Shown one piece after another: positions 11,569 through 24,286 of a DNA stretch of 64,000 bases; within the stretch, counting starts at the first letter, position 1; every line of letters starts with the position of its first letter. The position numbers and the translations under genes are program-made. Origin of the DNA: Cirrosporium novae-zelandiae (lineage: Eukaryota); assembly GCA_026023565.1 (NCBI GenBank), contig JAPETS010000031.1, positions 124,001-188,000 on the forward strand, written 5' to 3'. The notes under the pieces are model-generated. The model was given only the letters and a program-made list of their open reading frames with translations, searched no databases and was not told the origin of the DNA.

Positions 11569-13560
11569 ATGTCTAAGAGTTATAATCCGGATAATGACTC
11601 CGTTCCTACTGGAGTATGGAGTTCCGTTGCTTTGGTGAGTATGGATACTGCCACTCAATTGATTTTCTAGATTTCGATTTCAAACCTATTACCATAATAC
11701 TAATTAATCCCGCTATCATATTAGTCCCAAAGAGATTTGGCCGGTCAGGTTCCCATCAATTTTGCTACTCGTCCTGCCGTATCCCTTTCCGCAGCATGCT
11801 TTGGCCAAGGAAAATACGATGACGAGGGTGCTACAACATGCTTGTCAAACCTAATAGCACTAGGTTTTAGAAAGCTTGAAGCTGATGTATTTTGGGATAC
11901 TGGAAAGCAAGCATGGGGCTTCTGTCCACTCTCATCACCAACGAGTGCTGAGAGTAGCCAGTCTTCATTCACTACATCGCTTTCTTCCTTGGCTTCCATG
12001 TCCTTATCATCTGTAATCCTTCATGATAGCACTTCTAACGAGCTTATGGCTCGCAGCCAACTATCCTCATCAGCCTTCTCAACTTCAAAAACTACAGTCC
12101 TAACGTCAACACTGGTCGATACCAATAGCAGTGCGACTGAATCCCCCCAACCAACTTCAACTCTAGTTTTAACCTCAAATAGCAGTACTGTCTACGGAAT
12201 AAGTGACTACAACTGTACCACGACGGTCGACATGTCGATTTTAACTAGCGTATTGCAGAGCTACTTCCAACTTACAGCTGACACGGTTCATGCATCCGTA
12301 TTATATCTAACTCTCAACATGCATGCAGCAGCTTCAGTTTCCTCTCCAACCAGCCCCGCCCACGAACCTGCATCCACAGACATGCCTCAAGATCAGAACT
12401 TGATTGGTAATATATTTCGTGCTAGCATGGAATCTTCTATATATACGCCAACAGACCTAAGACATGATCGATCAAACCTCAATGCTTCATGGTATGCCAC
12501 TGCAAAACTCCGACAGCCTGTCTCTGGGTACTTTTTCCCCGATGTTTCCGACGATGACACTTATTCCACCGAGGATGGGTGGCCATGCGAAACTTATCTA
12601 CTACTCAGCAGAGCACAGAGACTTCTTATCAGTTGGGGAACCATAGACCCACAGATGAAAGCCTACAACTTCTCGGCCGATGATGATACCATATTTCCAA
12701 CCAGGCAAATAGAAGAAGTCCGCACCGTCACCGCAAATGCCGCGGGAGGTATCAAAAGCGGATGTTTTTTCGACAAGCAAGAAACAAACGTTTCAGCAAT
12801 GAATTCATCCTGGGCTCTAGCAACCAAAGCCACCGGGTTCGTCTACCCGCAGTCCCTATCGTCATCTCTCTACCCGCTCACAAACCTAACCTCGAACATC
12901 ACCAACTGCGGGATCTCTCCGTTTGTCAACCACACCCTCGCCAACTCCGTAGCAAACAAAAATATATCTGCATACCAAGCCGTAGCCTACAGCTCCTACT
13001 GGGCCTGGGCGAACGGCGAACCCCGCAACATAACCGGCTCCACATCAGTCATCTTCCGCTGCGCCCTACTAGACACCAACAACAACGGCCGTTGGCGCGT
13101 GGAAGACTGTTCCCGACGCTACCGCACTGCCTGTCGAGTGGGGACCTCACGCTATGAATGGGAATTCAGCTCCTACTCGGTCGACTTCAACTCGGCCTCC
13201 TCAAACATCTGTCCCGCCAACACCTCCTTTGACATCCCCCGCACCGCCCTCGAAAATCGCCACCTCTACTCCGCCATGCTCAACTCAAAACAGGACATCG
13301 ATGCCGTCTGGGTTGACTTCAACTCTCTCGACGCTCAGGGCTGCTGGGTCACGGGCGGTGCGAACGCCAGCTGTCCATATGAGAGTGACGACACTCAACT
13401 GAAAGACCGGACCATACTAGTGCCGACGATCGCAGCTATAATTGTGTTGATTATTACCGCGCTGTTGTTATTTGTAAAATGCAATAAAAGCAGGAGGGCG
13501 TCGAAACGGATTAAGAGAAGGAATAACTTTGGATGGGATTATGAGGGCGTTCCTAGTTGA
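11569..13560 (+). CDS. MTC6: Mtc6-like type I membrane protein (C-type lectin-like luminal domain), 2 exons
   Basis: ATG 11569, intron 11635-11724 gives LSQRDLAGQVPINF; GWP, CGISPF, WAWANGEP, FDIPRTALEN, VWVDFNS motifs; C-terminal TM helix and WDYEGVPS end typical of the family. Confidence 0.85.
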
Positions 13561-14944
13561 GCTGGGGTGAAGAGGGGGAATTTGGCCTTGGTATTTCTTT
13601 GGTATTTTTCATATTTGGCAATTAAGATGACTAAATATGGATGGGTGGATGGGTTGCATATATGGGATTAATCGGGATATTGGAAGGGCGCACAACACAT
13701 GATATTTTTTTTAGATGATTTATCTCCTTCCCTGACTACCCTATTCCAGCAAACTTGAGCGTTTAAAAAATGGTGATCGGATTTTTTTTTGGTACTTTTT
13801 TATGCTTGTTGTATTTATCTTGTATCATGAATGAGTGTGTAAGTAGAGTAGGCATTTTCGTGTTCATGTTCGTGTATGCGTATGCGTATGACTCGGTTAA
13901 TTAGTGATTCTGTTATTTATTTGTTCTAATTATTTAAGATACGAGAGAGCGAAAGAGAGAGCTAGCTTAACCCCCCCTCCCTCACCGAAAAGTATAAGCT
14001 AACCACCATAACTAACTAGAGAGCATATATATATAGATATATATACCTACTTGACACAAAAGCGAACCTACAAACCGAAGTTCAAACAAAAAGATCCCAG
14101 GTCCTATCATCCCCTACCCTTCCTCTACTCTACCTCTAATGCATCCATCCCATTCCCATTCCGCTTCTCTCCCAATTCCCAACTCTCATCCCATTGCATT
14201 CATTTCATTTAATTAACGAATCCCTCAAATACCCAATTAGGTATATATTTGTACATGTACTATACAATTTTTTGTCAATACAATACACGAATACAAAAAA
14301 AATATAATACAATATAAAAAGCCCATCTATCGGAAAGCCAACCACCATGTCGCAACTAGCTTATTTATATTTACGACAGACTCATACAGGAACCGCCTCT
14401 CATCTACTCATTTCCAACTTATATGAAATTGAAAGAAAGGGTCATGTGAAAATAATTTCACTTTTTTATTATTATTTTTTTATTTTTTTGTTGGGGGGAA
14501 TACATAGATGATTTTGGTTGATAGGAAATATATAGTTTTTGTATATCTTGGATAGATTGGCGGTGGTAGAGAAAAGCTGGAGGGTGTCTAGATGAAATGG
14601 TTTGAGCATGTATCGAAAATAGAAATAGAAAATATTGATTGATGGTATAGGGTGGTGGTGGTGTTCCGAGAAGGAATCTGATATATATACAATGTATAGG
14701 TAAGCTTGGGTAGGAAAACAGGTAAAGAAAGACCCGCCTAGTGTGGTGGGTTTTGTTATGGATCGGCCTTAAGAGGGTATAAAGGAAAAAGAAGATGTGT
14801 AATTCGTCTATGTCGGCGATTGGATGATGGTGGGTCATAGAAATGTAAAACAACAAGAGCATTATATAGATGCCATCTCATATCAACCCAATTAGTCAGT
14901 CGTACGAGCATGACAGAACAAAAGTCTCCATTCATTCAACACAT

Positions 14945-17900
14945 TTACTCCTTCCTATCACCGCCTGTTACTGTACCAGTACTTGTCGTTTCCAAACTTG
15001 CTCTCCAATCAGTTCCTATCACACTGCTAGCCGGACTTCCTTCTGAATTTCTAGTATGTTGAAATCCGTTGGCGACATCTTTACTTCCATCAGCGATCTC
15101 GTCCTCATAGGCTGGTGGCGAACCTGCTCCATCCTCACTTCTGTACTCGGGGAGGCTGTCTGAGCTCCGCATAATAGGACGAGGAGTCAAGTCATGGCCA
15201 GGAAGCTCTGCGCGACCCTCTTCGGCAGCGACAATCTCATCGACCACACCAGCAGCATAACGAAGTTGTCTTATTTCATCCCGAACCGCTCTCTCAAGGA
15301 TTCCATCTTCCTTCAAAATCAATCTCCGTTTCTCCTCGTACTCATCACCACCCTTGCTTATACTGTTCCTCTTCCAGAACTTTGCCCACCTCACCCTTCG
15401 TGCTGCACGAGCGTATTCGCGTCGAGAACGTCGTTCAGCACGGCGCTCTGCGCGGGCGCGACACATGATAGGGTTCATGAGAGCTTTAAAGATGAGAGCG
15501 AAGAAAGAGACAATTGCAGTAAGAAGGAGGGTAATCTTGAGTGTATGAATGAACGTGTAGAAAGGACCTTTAGGATGAGGTGGTGGTGGATGATGATGGG
15601 AATGGAAGGGCGCTGAACCATCTTCAGGAGATGGATGTGGGAGATGGGCATCCGGTGGTGGTGGTGGCCCCTGGCCGTTGTCATGAGGGCGATGTGGAGG
15701 AGGGGATCCTGGAGGAGGAGGAGGTCCCTGATGGGATGGCGGAGGTGGTGGTGGACCTTGATAGTTTGGTGGTGGAGGTCCCTGGTGACCAGGTGGTGGC
15801 GGTGGTGGTCCTTGGTGGTTAGGTTGAGAGAAATGCTCACCTGGACGGCCTGGTGGCGGTGGAGGGGGCGGTGGGCCCTGACCATTAGGTGGAGGTGGGC
15901 GACCGCCCTGTGGAGGTGGTGGGGGGTATTCGCCGGCAGGTGGTCCTTCATGATCTATCGGTCCACTGGGAGGTTGGTGGTGTCCTCCAAAAGGGGGTTC
16001 GTGATGTTCGCCTGGTGGAGGAGGGCCTTGATGACCATGTGGAGGAGGTGGAGGTCCTTGTTGGCCATTTGGCGGTGGAGGCGGAAAATGACCGTCTGGT
16101 CCTGGGGGAGGGGGCCCTTGGTGAAATGGCGGTGGTGGAGGTGGATAGTGTCCGTCAGGACCTTGACCAGGATAGAAAGGTGGTGGCGGCGGTGGCGGCA
16201 TACCGTGTTCATGATGACCTGGCGGTGGCGGTGGTGGTGGTGGCATACCATGTTCATGATGTCCCGGTGGTGGTGGTGGTGGCGGCGGAGGTGGAGGACC
16301 ACCATGATGTGGAGGAGGAGGCGGCGGCGGTGGCCAATAATGATGCCCAGGTGGTGGGCAGTGGCATTCAGGCGGAGGCGGCGGGAAAGGAGGGTGTGGA
16401 CCTGGTTTGCCAGTAGGTTGTGGATGCGTCTCATTATCATGGCCTGGCATATGTGGGAAAGGGGGGAAAGGAGGGTGAGGGCCATGTTTAGCAGATCCAG
16501 GGAATTTTCCAGCCATGGTGTGAGCTGCGTTGGAAACTTTGCCCATGAATGTATTTACAATACACTTGATATGTTCACACTGCGCAAATCTCTCGTCCTG
16601 TTTAGCAAGGTCCTTGATTTGATGCTTTTTCTCCCTGATAAGTTGATCGAGTCCGTGCTGTGCTTCTTGCAAGTGTTGTAATTCGGCGATTTCTTCTCCA
16701 ATTGAGGGCTTATGGAATGGTATAGGCTCAGGATGACCATAGAAGTCATGCTCAGGATATGGCTCAACCGGAGGTGGATGGTGTTCGTGAGGACCTTGAC
16801 CGGGATAGAAAGGTGGAGGAGGAGGCGGTGGTGGTGGCCCCTGGTAAGCCGGTGGAGGAGGCCCTTGGTGAGATGGAGGCGGAGGCGGAGGGGGAGGTGG
16901 TGGTGGTGGTGGTGGTGGAGAACCTTCGTGATCAGGTGGTGGTGGAGGACCTTCGTGGTTTGGTGGAGGAGGTCCCTGGTGATCTGGTGGAGGAGGTCCT
17001 TGATGAAATGGCGGTGGTGGAGGTGGAGGTGGACCTTCGTGATTAGGTGGTGGCGGTAGAGGACCTTCGTTGTCAGGTGGTGGTGGTGGCGGACCCTCGT
17101 AATCTGGTGGTGGTGGTGGAGGACCTTCGTAATCTGGTGGAGGAGGTCCCTGATCGTAGGGCGGCGGAGGTGGTGGTGGTGGGGGAGGAGGCGGTGGAGG
17201 AGGTGGCTGATCAAATGCTCCCTCAATTTGTTCAGGTACAAATTCGGACTCCTTGCCTTCTGGGATAGGCTCAAGATCAGGGAGCTCGTCGACTTCAGAA
17301 TATAGGAAGAACTCGACTAGTTGAGATTCACGAAGCTGCTTATACCGAGCACCAAAGACTGGAGTATCAAGTTTGGTGTTTACGCCGTCAATTGAATCAA
17401 TATTGAACGAAAACACTTGAACGATATTCTCCTCTGGCGAATCCTCAACTAAGCTTATAGGATAAGCAATACCTTCGGTCAGATATTCATCTGGAAGGGA
17501 TATCTGGGGATCTTCTGAGAGAAGATTTGTGCAGAAGGTGGTCCATGTAGCCTCAAGTTCGCGATTTCCAAGACCATTGGCAGAGTGTGCGATAATAGTC
17601 CCTTTTCCTTCAGCCTTACGATCTGCCCAGGTCTGATGGAGTGATTGCCCGTTCAGAACAATGTCACTAATTCCACAGGCCTTATCCTGAGAGGATATTT
17701 TGAATTCAAAGAACTAGAGACTATCAGCACACAGTCCAATCGAAGGAAATAGAATAGGCAACTATTAAACGTACCAAATCATCATCTAGATCCTGGCTAG
17801 CATCCTTACCATACAAAACATGTGACTGGAATTTGACTACATCCTTGCCATCTGCAGGTAAGATTCCATTGATTAGCAAATAAAATAAATACAAGAGAAG

Positions 17901-18055
17901 GAAAATAAATTCTAAGACATACTACTATCAAGTTTCGAAATGATATCACTGGATGATCCTTCAAAAGGTGGAGGAGGTGGACGAGTCTGAGGAAGGGCAA
18001 TGGCTTGAGCGATGACAGGCGTCAGCGCCAAGGAAGCCTTCCAGAAGCCTCTCAT
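14945..18055 (-). CDS. Proline/histidine-rich type I membrane protein (signal peptide, N-terminal globular domain, poly-Pro repeats, TM helix, PY-motif tail), 3 exons
   Basis: ATG 18055 (MRGFWKASLALTPVIAQAIA signal peptide); two short introns near 17835-17925 and 17713-17774 join to the 823-aa ORF; TM ITLLLTAIVSFFALIF followed by basic RRAERRSRR; LPEY and PPAY in the tail. Confidence 0.8.
15640..17210 (-). repeat. Degenerate coding tandem repeats (GPPPPP-D/N-H/Y-E/Q units)
   Basis: Recurring ggaccttcgt...ggtggtggtgga units of about 27-33 nt; two near-identical PPPPPPPGHHEHGM copies; FYPGQGP occurs twice. Confidence 0.85.
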
Positions 18056-18842
18056 CTTGAATGAGAGCGAAAGAGATGGTCTAAGCCAATATGCGCAGTT
18101 GCTTGGCCAAAACTCTCATAGAACAAGTTTTGTTTTATTTTAGAATGATAAAAGGTAAGTGTTATTCTTCAAACCAAAAAGAATCAAAAAGAGAAAAAAA
18201 AAGAGAGGAAGGGTTGTTGCCTAATAATTAACTAGAAGAGGGAGAGGGGGGGAGGATTTAGGACAGGTTTTGTTCTCTCATAATTTAGGTCATTATTTCA
18301 TTACGAATCTCCCTTCCATGTTGTGTTAGGTATTTGATTGCTACTTAGACGTTGATGGCCCCGCTGGATGGTCTGAAGTCGTAAGGCCGATGGGAGAGTC
18401 GTCGTAAGCTGCTCAATGGCTCAACGACTTTGAATGGTCCATGACTAGCCATGATCCAATCAATTTATTATCCATGACTATTCATGCCAACCAGCGCCAA
18501 TTTGGTTATCAGATCATCTTTCGATTACTCCTTAACCCTGATATTTCCTCTTCCATCCTTTTTTATAGCCCTACTTGCTACGTTTGGAATATCCCTTCAA
18601 ATTCATCATCTACCTTGTCTATTTGAGTACCCATCTATTTTCATCCCCCCCCCCCAAAAGTAAAGTAATTAGACCTATCAAAGTTAACCTTCCATTTGTT
18701 CATCAGTCGTATGCAGGTCGGCGCAGCGTAGTTAACTGATTAGTCGGGAATTCTGATATCATTTCCCGCTGCTAAAATCAAATTCCTTTGACGCGGCAGC
18801 ATCCCCCATACCACAACACCAAACCTTGAAATTCTTCTCAAA

Positions 18843-19378
18843 ATGGTAAGCCTCCTTTTCTTCCCTTCTTTCTACAAAGTACTCCAAGATAGTCAAGATA
18901 GTCGATGCTTAATATTACTACGTCCTTATAGATGCTGATGTCGCTTTCATGTAGCTACCCCTCGGGTTGCTCAATGCTGCCACCGGTCATCCTATGTTGG
19001 TTGAACTAAAGAATGGCGAAACGTTGAATGGTCATCTCATCAGCTGCGACACATGGATGAATCTTACTCTTAAAGAAGTGGTACAGACAAGCCCAGAAGG
19101 GGACCGATTTCAGCGAGTCCCAGAGGTTTATGTACGAGGAAATAATGTATGATGGCTCTTTACCGCCCCACCCATGAATTTGCGTAACCTGACAAATATT
19201 ATAGATCAAATATCTTCGAGTACCAGACGAAATCATCGAGCATGTGAAAGAGCAACAGCAAGCACCCTCGAACCGTGGTCGTGGAGGAGGAGCACAGAGA
19301 GGAGATCATGGTGGCAGAGGAGATCGAGGAGGACGCGGCTCTCGTGGATTCCGGGGACGTGGACGACGTGGAGGTTGA
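18843..19378 (+). CDS. LSM4: U6 snRNA-associated Sm-like protein Lsm4, 3 exons
   Basis: ATG-only first exon (18843-18845), introns 18846-18954 and 19147-19204; [28 protein letters not shown]...[13 protein letters not shown] plus RGG tail; stop TGA 19376-19378. Confidence 0.95.
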
Positions 19379-19975
19379 TGAACATAATTATAAGTCTTCA
19401 AAATTACATGCTATGATATGATGATGCAGTGGTACTGGGTTGAAGGGAGTATGGATGGTTGATATATTCAGCATAAGTAGAGGGTGCATTCAAAGGCTTG
19501 GTTCCGAAGTGTAATAACCCAACCATTGAGGTAACAAACAATTCAACAGTGTCAGTCAATCCAATGAAAAATGAACATGTCGTTTGGGTATTTTCTAAAG
19601 GTTACCTAGGTATCTAACTCTTATGATTAGGTGTGAATAGAATAACCAAGGCAGACTACTTCGGTGCTTGTACATGTACTGTACTTGTGTAGTTCCAAAC
19701 TTATTTATCTTATCGGCCTTGGGACCTGGGTGGTGGTTTTTCTCGGACTTGAGCCCCGCGAACGGCATCGATCCAACTAGGCACCGCTTTTCGCCTTTCA
19801 TCAGTGCATCCATCACCTTCTTCTGCCCGCCCACAGCCATGCCTTGGCCCCTTCCATCATCCTACTTTCGTTTTTACTCATCATCTCTCACTTTCTCTCT
19901 TCCTCCAACTTCTTATCCTCAAACCCTACATTCACCTTCGTTTTTTTACAACTCTACAATTCCCTCGGATTCAAT

Positions 19976-21199
19976 ATGCCAGCCCCCATTGCTAAAGGTA
20001 TGAGCTCTCACCCCGCCTCCTGCTCCGTCATTCGCCTCTCAATGGCCTAAGGTTAGGCCAACAGGCACCAACTTCCATCTTTGCACACAACTCCATCTAC
20101 TTTGTTGATGCCTTTCCAAAACTAATGCACCTACTTTTCAGGCATCATCATAACCGCCGGCATCATCATCGCCGCTGGAATTGCCGTCTATGAATCCCCC
20201 GAGGTTCAAGCTTGGATCGTCCAGCAGCGCCGCAAACTTGCTGCTGCCCTCCGCTCCCTGGGTGACAATGTGGACCCTCAAAACCGAAATCGGCAGGGTG
20301 CTTTTGTCCAAGGCCAGTTCAACAACAATGCTGCTCGGTCTTCTCCGGATGCTTCGATGAACGCCGATGATAGCCCAGAAGCTGCCGAGAGGCGACGGAT
20401 AAAGAGACTAGAGATCCTAGAGAGGGGCCGCATCTTGGAGGAGAAGAGACGCGAGCGAAGAAAAGCAATGTATACAGAGGCAGATGGAAAGCCAACAAAT
20501 GAGGGAAGCAGCATTTTCTTGGAAAAAGAAAAGGATCAAAATGGCGTGATGTCCCAGTCCGAAACAAACGCAACCGTCTTCAACGAAAAGGCCGTCTTCG
20601 CTTCTGCTATTGCTGTTTCAACCACCGCCAGTGAAGATGTCCTACGCAACCGCAACGCTCCCGTCCAACCAGCTCCTACTCAACCATCTTCAACCACAGA
20701 CAAATCAGACGAACTCTTCACCCTCACACCCACCACCACAGCCACATCCACAGGCGAAACCCTCGCATCCCCACCACCTCTCGATCTAAATGCGCCATAC
20801 TCACCATCCATCTCCTCGCAAACCTTCCACTCCACCGCCTCCCTCCTCGCATCCCAAAACGAAAACCAAAATCAAGACCCACCACAATACACCCCTACCA
20901 CCCTCGAGGACCAAGTCTCTCCACCCTCCTATATTCTCGCCCAATCCCAAATCGAACACCCATACCCCCATGACCCTCCATCCCCCGCCCCACCCTCGCA
21001 ATCCTCCTTCACCTTTTCAGAAATGTACACACCATCTGAGCCACGCTCGCTCGCCACCGGCACCTCAGACATGGATTTTGACGGCAGGAGCATCAGCATC
21101 GTCAGCGAGGGCGAGGTCGATGGTCTTAGAACCCCAACAGAAGCCGGATGGAGCGAGGTCGGAAGCGCGGTCAGTGGAAGCGAAAGAGACTTTAGATAG
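19976..21199 (+). CDS. Hypothetical protein with N-terminal membrane anchor, coiled coil and disordered S/T/P-rich tail, 2 exons
   Basis: MPAPIAK / intron about 19998-20141 / GIIITAGIIIAAGIAVYESPEVQAWIVQQRRKL joins the 309-aa ORF in frame; ends ...TPTEAGWSEVGSAVSGSERDFR. Confidence 0.8.
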
Positions 21200-21590
21200 A
21201 CAAAAACAAAAGATGGGAAAAGAAGAGAAGAGTTATGGGCGTTCTTAATCACTACTATCCTTTTTCCCCCTTTCTTTCATTTTCTTTTGTTCGGCGTGGT
21301 TTGGGTTCAGGCTTGGGTATGGATCGCGGGTGCCGGAGTACGTACCTATCTATCCATGTATCTATCTATGTGTGTGGTTCCGGAACGGATTAGGATCAAC
21401 ATCGAGATTGGGGATTCGGGGATCGGGAACGGGATTTGGGATTGGGATGGGAATTTTTTACAGTACAGTATAGTACCTATGTTACACTACACTACACTAT
21501 ATACACATCGCATCGCATACATATCCAACGAGCGAGTGGGCGAGTGAGTAAAGAGTAAAGTATTAGTATGTAGGTAGAGACTAGTCGAAT

Positions 21591-21637
21591 ATTATATTCT
21601 TATATATTCTTATATATTCTTATATATTCTTATATAC
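21591..21637. repeat. 10-bp tandem repeat (TATATATTCT)x~4
   Basis: tatatattct repeated directly in the sequence. Confidence 0.9.
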
Positions 21638-22359
21638 ATACATACTTTTTTTTTTGTTCAAGGTAGGGAATTAGAGATAAGGGGTGTAGACGTAGTAGAT
21701 AGTAGATAGGTAGATGAGGCACTCATATGTCATACATATAGTATGGGTATAAAGGACTTATCTAGATAGACAGATACATAAGTATGGTACAGGACATGCA
21801 TGTATGTATGTATGTGTGAGTATGTGTGGGTATCAATAATTATATCTATAACTATCGAGATATAGATATATAGGGTGGATAAAATAAAACAAAAATAAAA
21901 ACAAAAATAAAGGAGTGGAGAGGGAAAGGGAGGTCGTTATTCTCACCATTATGTTTATCATTGTCAAAATAACATAAGATATATAAGGTCATACCTCTTT
22001 ATTTGTGTATCTAAGCCCACCACCATTATGATTGATTCCCCATGATTCCATCCATCCATCTCCACGATCCATTACCCCCCCCCTTCCAAATTCCTCTAAT
22101 AATTATCCTCCCCTTTCCATTCCCTTTTCCGTGCTTTCTGTTTTCTTGTCTTTGAAAAACATACCCCCTTCCTATGTGATGATGCAATAGCGATAATAAG
22201 CATAAAAATAACAATAATACCGCCCTTTTCCACCCTCAACAATTCCATGTATAAATTTAACCCCCCCCCCCTTCTAGGGATTTCTCTACCCCTTACTCCC
22301 ATACTCCTTGTCCTTATTCTTATTTCCTTTCCTGTTTCTTTCTTTCCCTTTCCGTTCCT

Positions 22360-24286
22360 CTATTTTTCTTTGCCCTTGCCCTTATCCTGGTTCTGGGTGT
22401 TTTCGTTCTCGGTGGACGGTTTCTCGGATGGAGAAGATGGGAGTAATGGTCCTGGTCCTGGGGAAGAAGAGGAAGAAGAAGGAGAAGACACGCCAGCATC
22501 CCTATCCCCTCTCAAGCCCTTGACAATCCCCGCCACAGCAGCAAGGCCGATATTTTTAATACCTCCTTTGCCTCCTTTACCCCCCTCTCCTTTACCTGCG
22601 TTCTCCCCACCATCATTACCATTCAACATTTCATCCTCCCCAGCATCCAACCTCGCAACAACCTTTTCCGAATCGCTTTCCTCGTCGGCCTCGATCGCAG
22701 CTTCTGTGTCTGTGGTTTCCCCCGTCCTCTCGACACTGCTCTCGCGACTTGGGCCATCCTCGGGCGTCTGCATGCGAAGTCCCAATTTCCCTTCCACGCC
22801 GCCTTCGAATCCCCTTCCCCTGCTGCGATCTTCGCCGCCTGCCCAATCTACAGCTCCGCTCTCGACTACTGTTTCCCCGACGGCCGGTTCCCTCACTTCT
22901 TCTCCTTTCGCCTCTGGTCGAACCATCCAGACAACCATGACCCGCTCAAAAGCTCTAGTTCCTTTTCTCCCGCTCCCCTTGATCCCATCGAGAGCCTCCC
23001 ACGGGATTTCGAACACCCCGCTGGTTTCGGGTTGGCCATTTTTTTCGGGGCCCTGGCCTTCGAAGTAGGCGTTGAACCAGACGTGCGCGATGGAGGTTAT
23101 GAGTGTCCAGTTGTAGGTAGCACGCGCGCGTCGTTCGAAGGTTAGGTTTATGTCGGAGGTGGGGAGCGTGAGTGGGGTGGTGGGGCGGAATATGCAGGTT
23201 AGGCCTGTGGTTGTGGTTCTGGTGGGGGTTGCGGTTGGGGAGGATGAGGAGGTGGATGCAGGTGTGGATGTGGAGGAGAGCGTTGGGATGTCTGGGGGAG
23301 GGTTGGAAGCTGCGGGGTCGGCCGAGGTTGAAGCTGAGGATGTGGAGGAGGATGCCACGTTCGTGACTTGGGTTGGGGAGGTGTATTTGGGTGGTGAGGA
23401 GGCGTCTTGCGTTGCGGATACAATGTCGTCGGCGAGAGCAGAGGCGCGTTTCCCAGGACCAGCATCAATGATTTCGCGTTCCTTCTTGGAAAAGACGTGG
23501 AAAGTCTGAATCTTGCGGCCTTGGTCGACGTAGCCTTCCACGGCTATCTTGACACCGTCCCGGAGACCCCAGACATGCAGTTCGAGAATCTCAACTGGCC
23601 GCTCAATGTATTTCTTGCCGTGTTTGGTCCAGCGGTCTACGTAGCCGACCCAGCGCAACTGACTGGGGATGCTAACACCGGGGCCAAATCCAGGACGCAT
23701 GCGCCGATCTGTGAAGCGCTTGAGCGCCTCGTCCATATCCCAGCCCTCTTCACTTATTAGATAACTCGTCGCGACAGTCCCACTTCGTCCCTTTCCGGCC
23801 TTGCAATGTACCACGACAACTCTGTTCTCGGCCTTTTCGTCTTTTAGCCAATTCCGCATGCTGGCCATGACGTTGGGTATTATCGCAAAGGGCGGGGGGT
23901 GGTGGTCCGGCCAAGGATAATGGTGAATCCGATCATAGACCTCTGAGTCCGGGTACCCAGTGCCTTCGGCGCGGAATTCCCATATTGCCCAGTTTTCGCC
24001 ATGTTTGGAGTCGAGGAATTTGACGAGAGCGTCGGTCGGGTTGCGATATGCACGTTGGGGATAGGTAGATGAGGGGCCGGATGTTACAACAACTGTTGGA
24101 TAGTAAGAGGTTGCACAAACGAGGTGGTAGTGTGACTCGGCTTACTGTTGTCTGTCATGTAACATAAGTCGAGTCGGGCTTCTGGGTGTCTGCAGCGGGG
24201 CCCAGCAACAATTTGGCGGAGCAGCGAAGCCTGCACAGAGTCAATCAAGCATTCATGAAGCCGTGTAATGCATATATACTAACCAT
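22360..24286 (-). CDS. TEP1: PTEN-like phosphoinositide 3-phosphatase, 3 exons
   Basis: ATG-only first exon at 24284-24286; ASLLRQIVAGPR..LDLCY, WPDHHPPPF, catalytic HCKAGKGRSG, GVSIPSQLRWVGY and C2-like HVWFNAYFE. Confidence 0.9.

Noticed and set aside
15635..16681. 348-aa Trp/Arg-rich plus-strand ORF and related Val/Glu- and His-rich ORFs
   Set aside because: Antisense or alternative-frame shadows of the CCA/CCT/CCG poly-proline repeats; stop-free by composition.
22247..23068. 273-aa plus-strand Pro/Ser-rich ORF
   Set aside because: Antisense to the G-rich C-terminal part of TEP1; no independent coding signal.
18843..24286. ATG-only first coding exons in LSM4 and TEP1
   Set aside because: A common fungal gene architecture.
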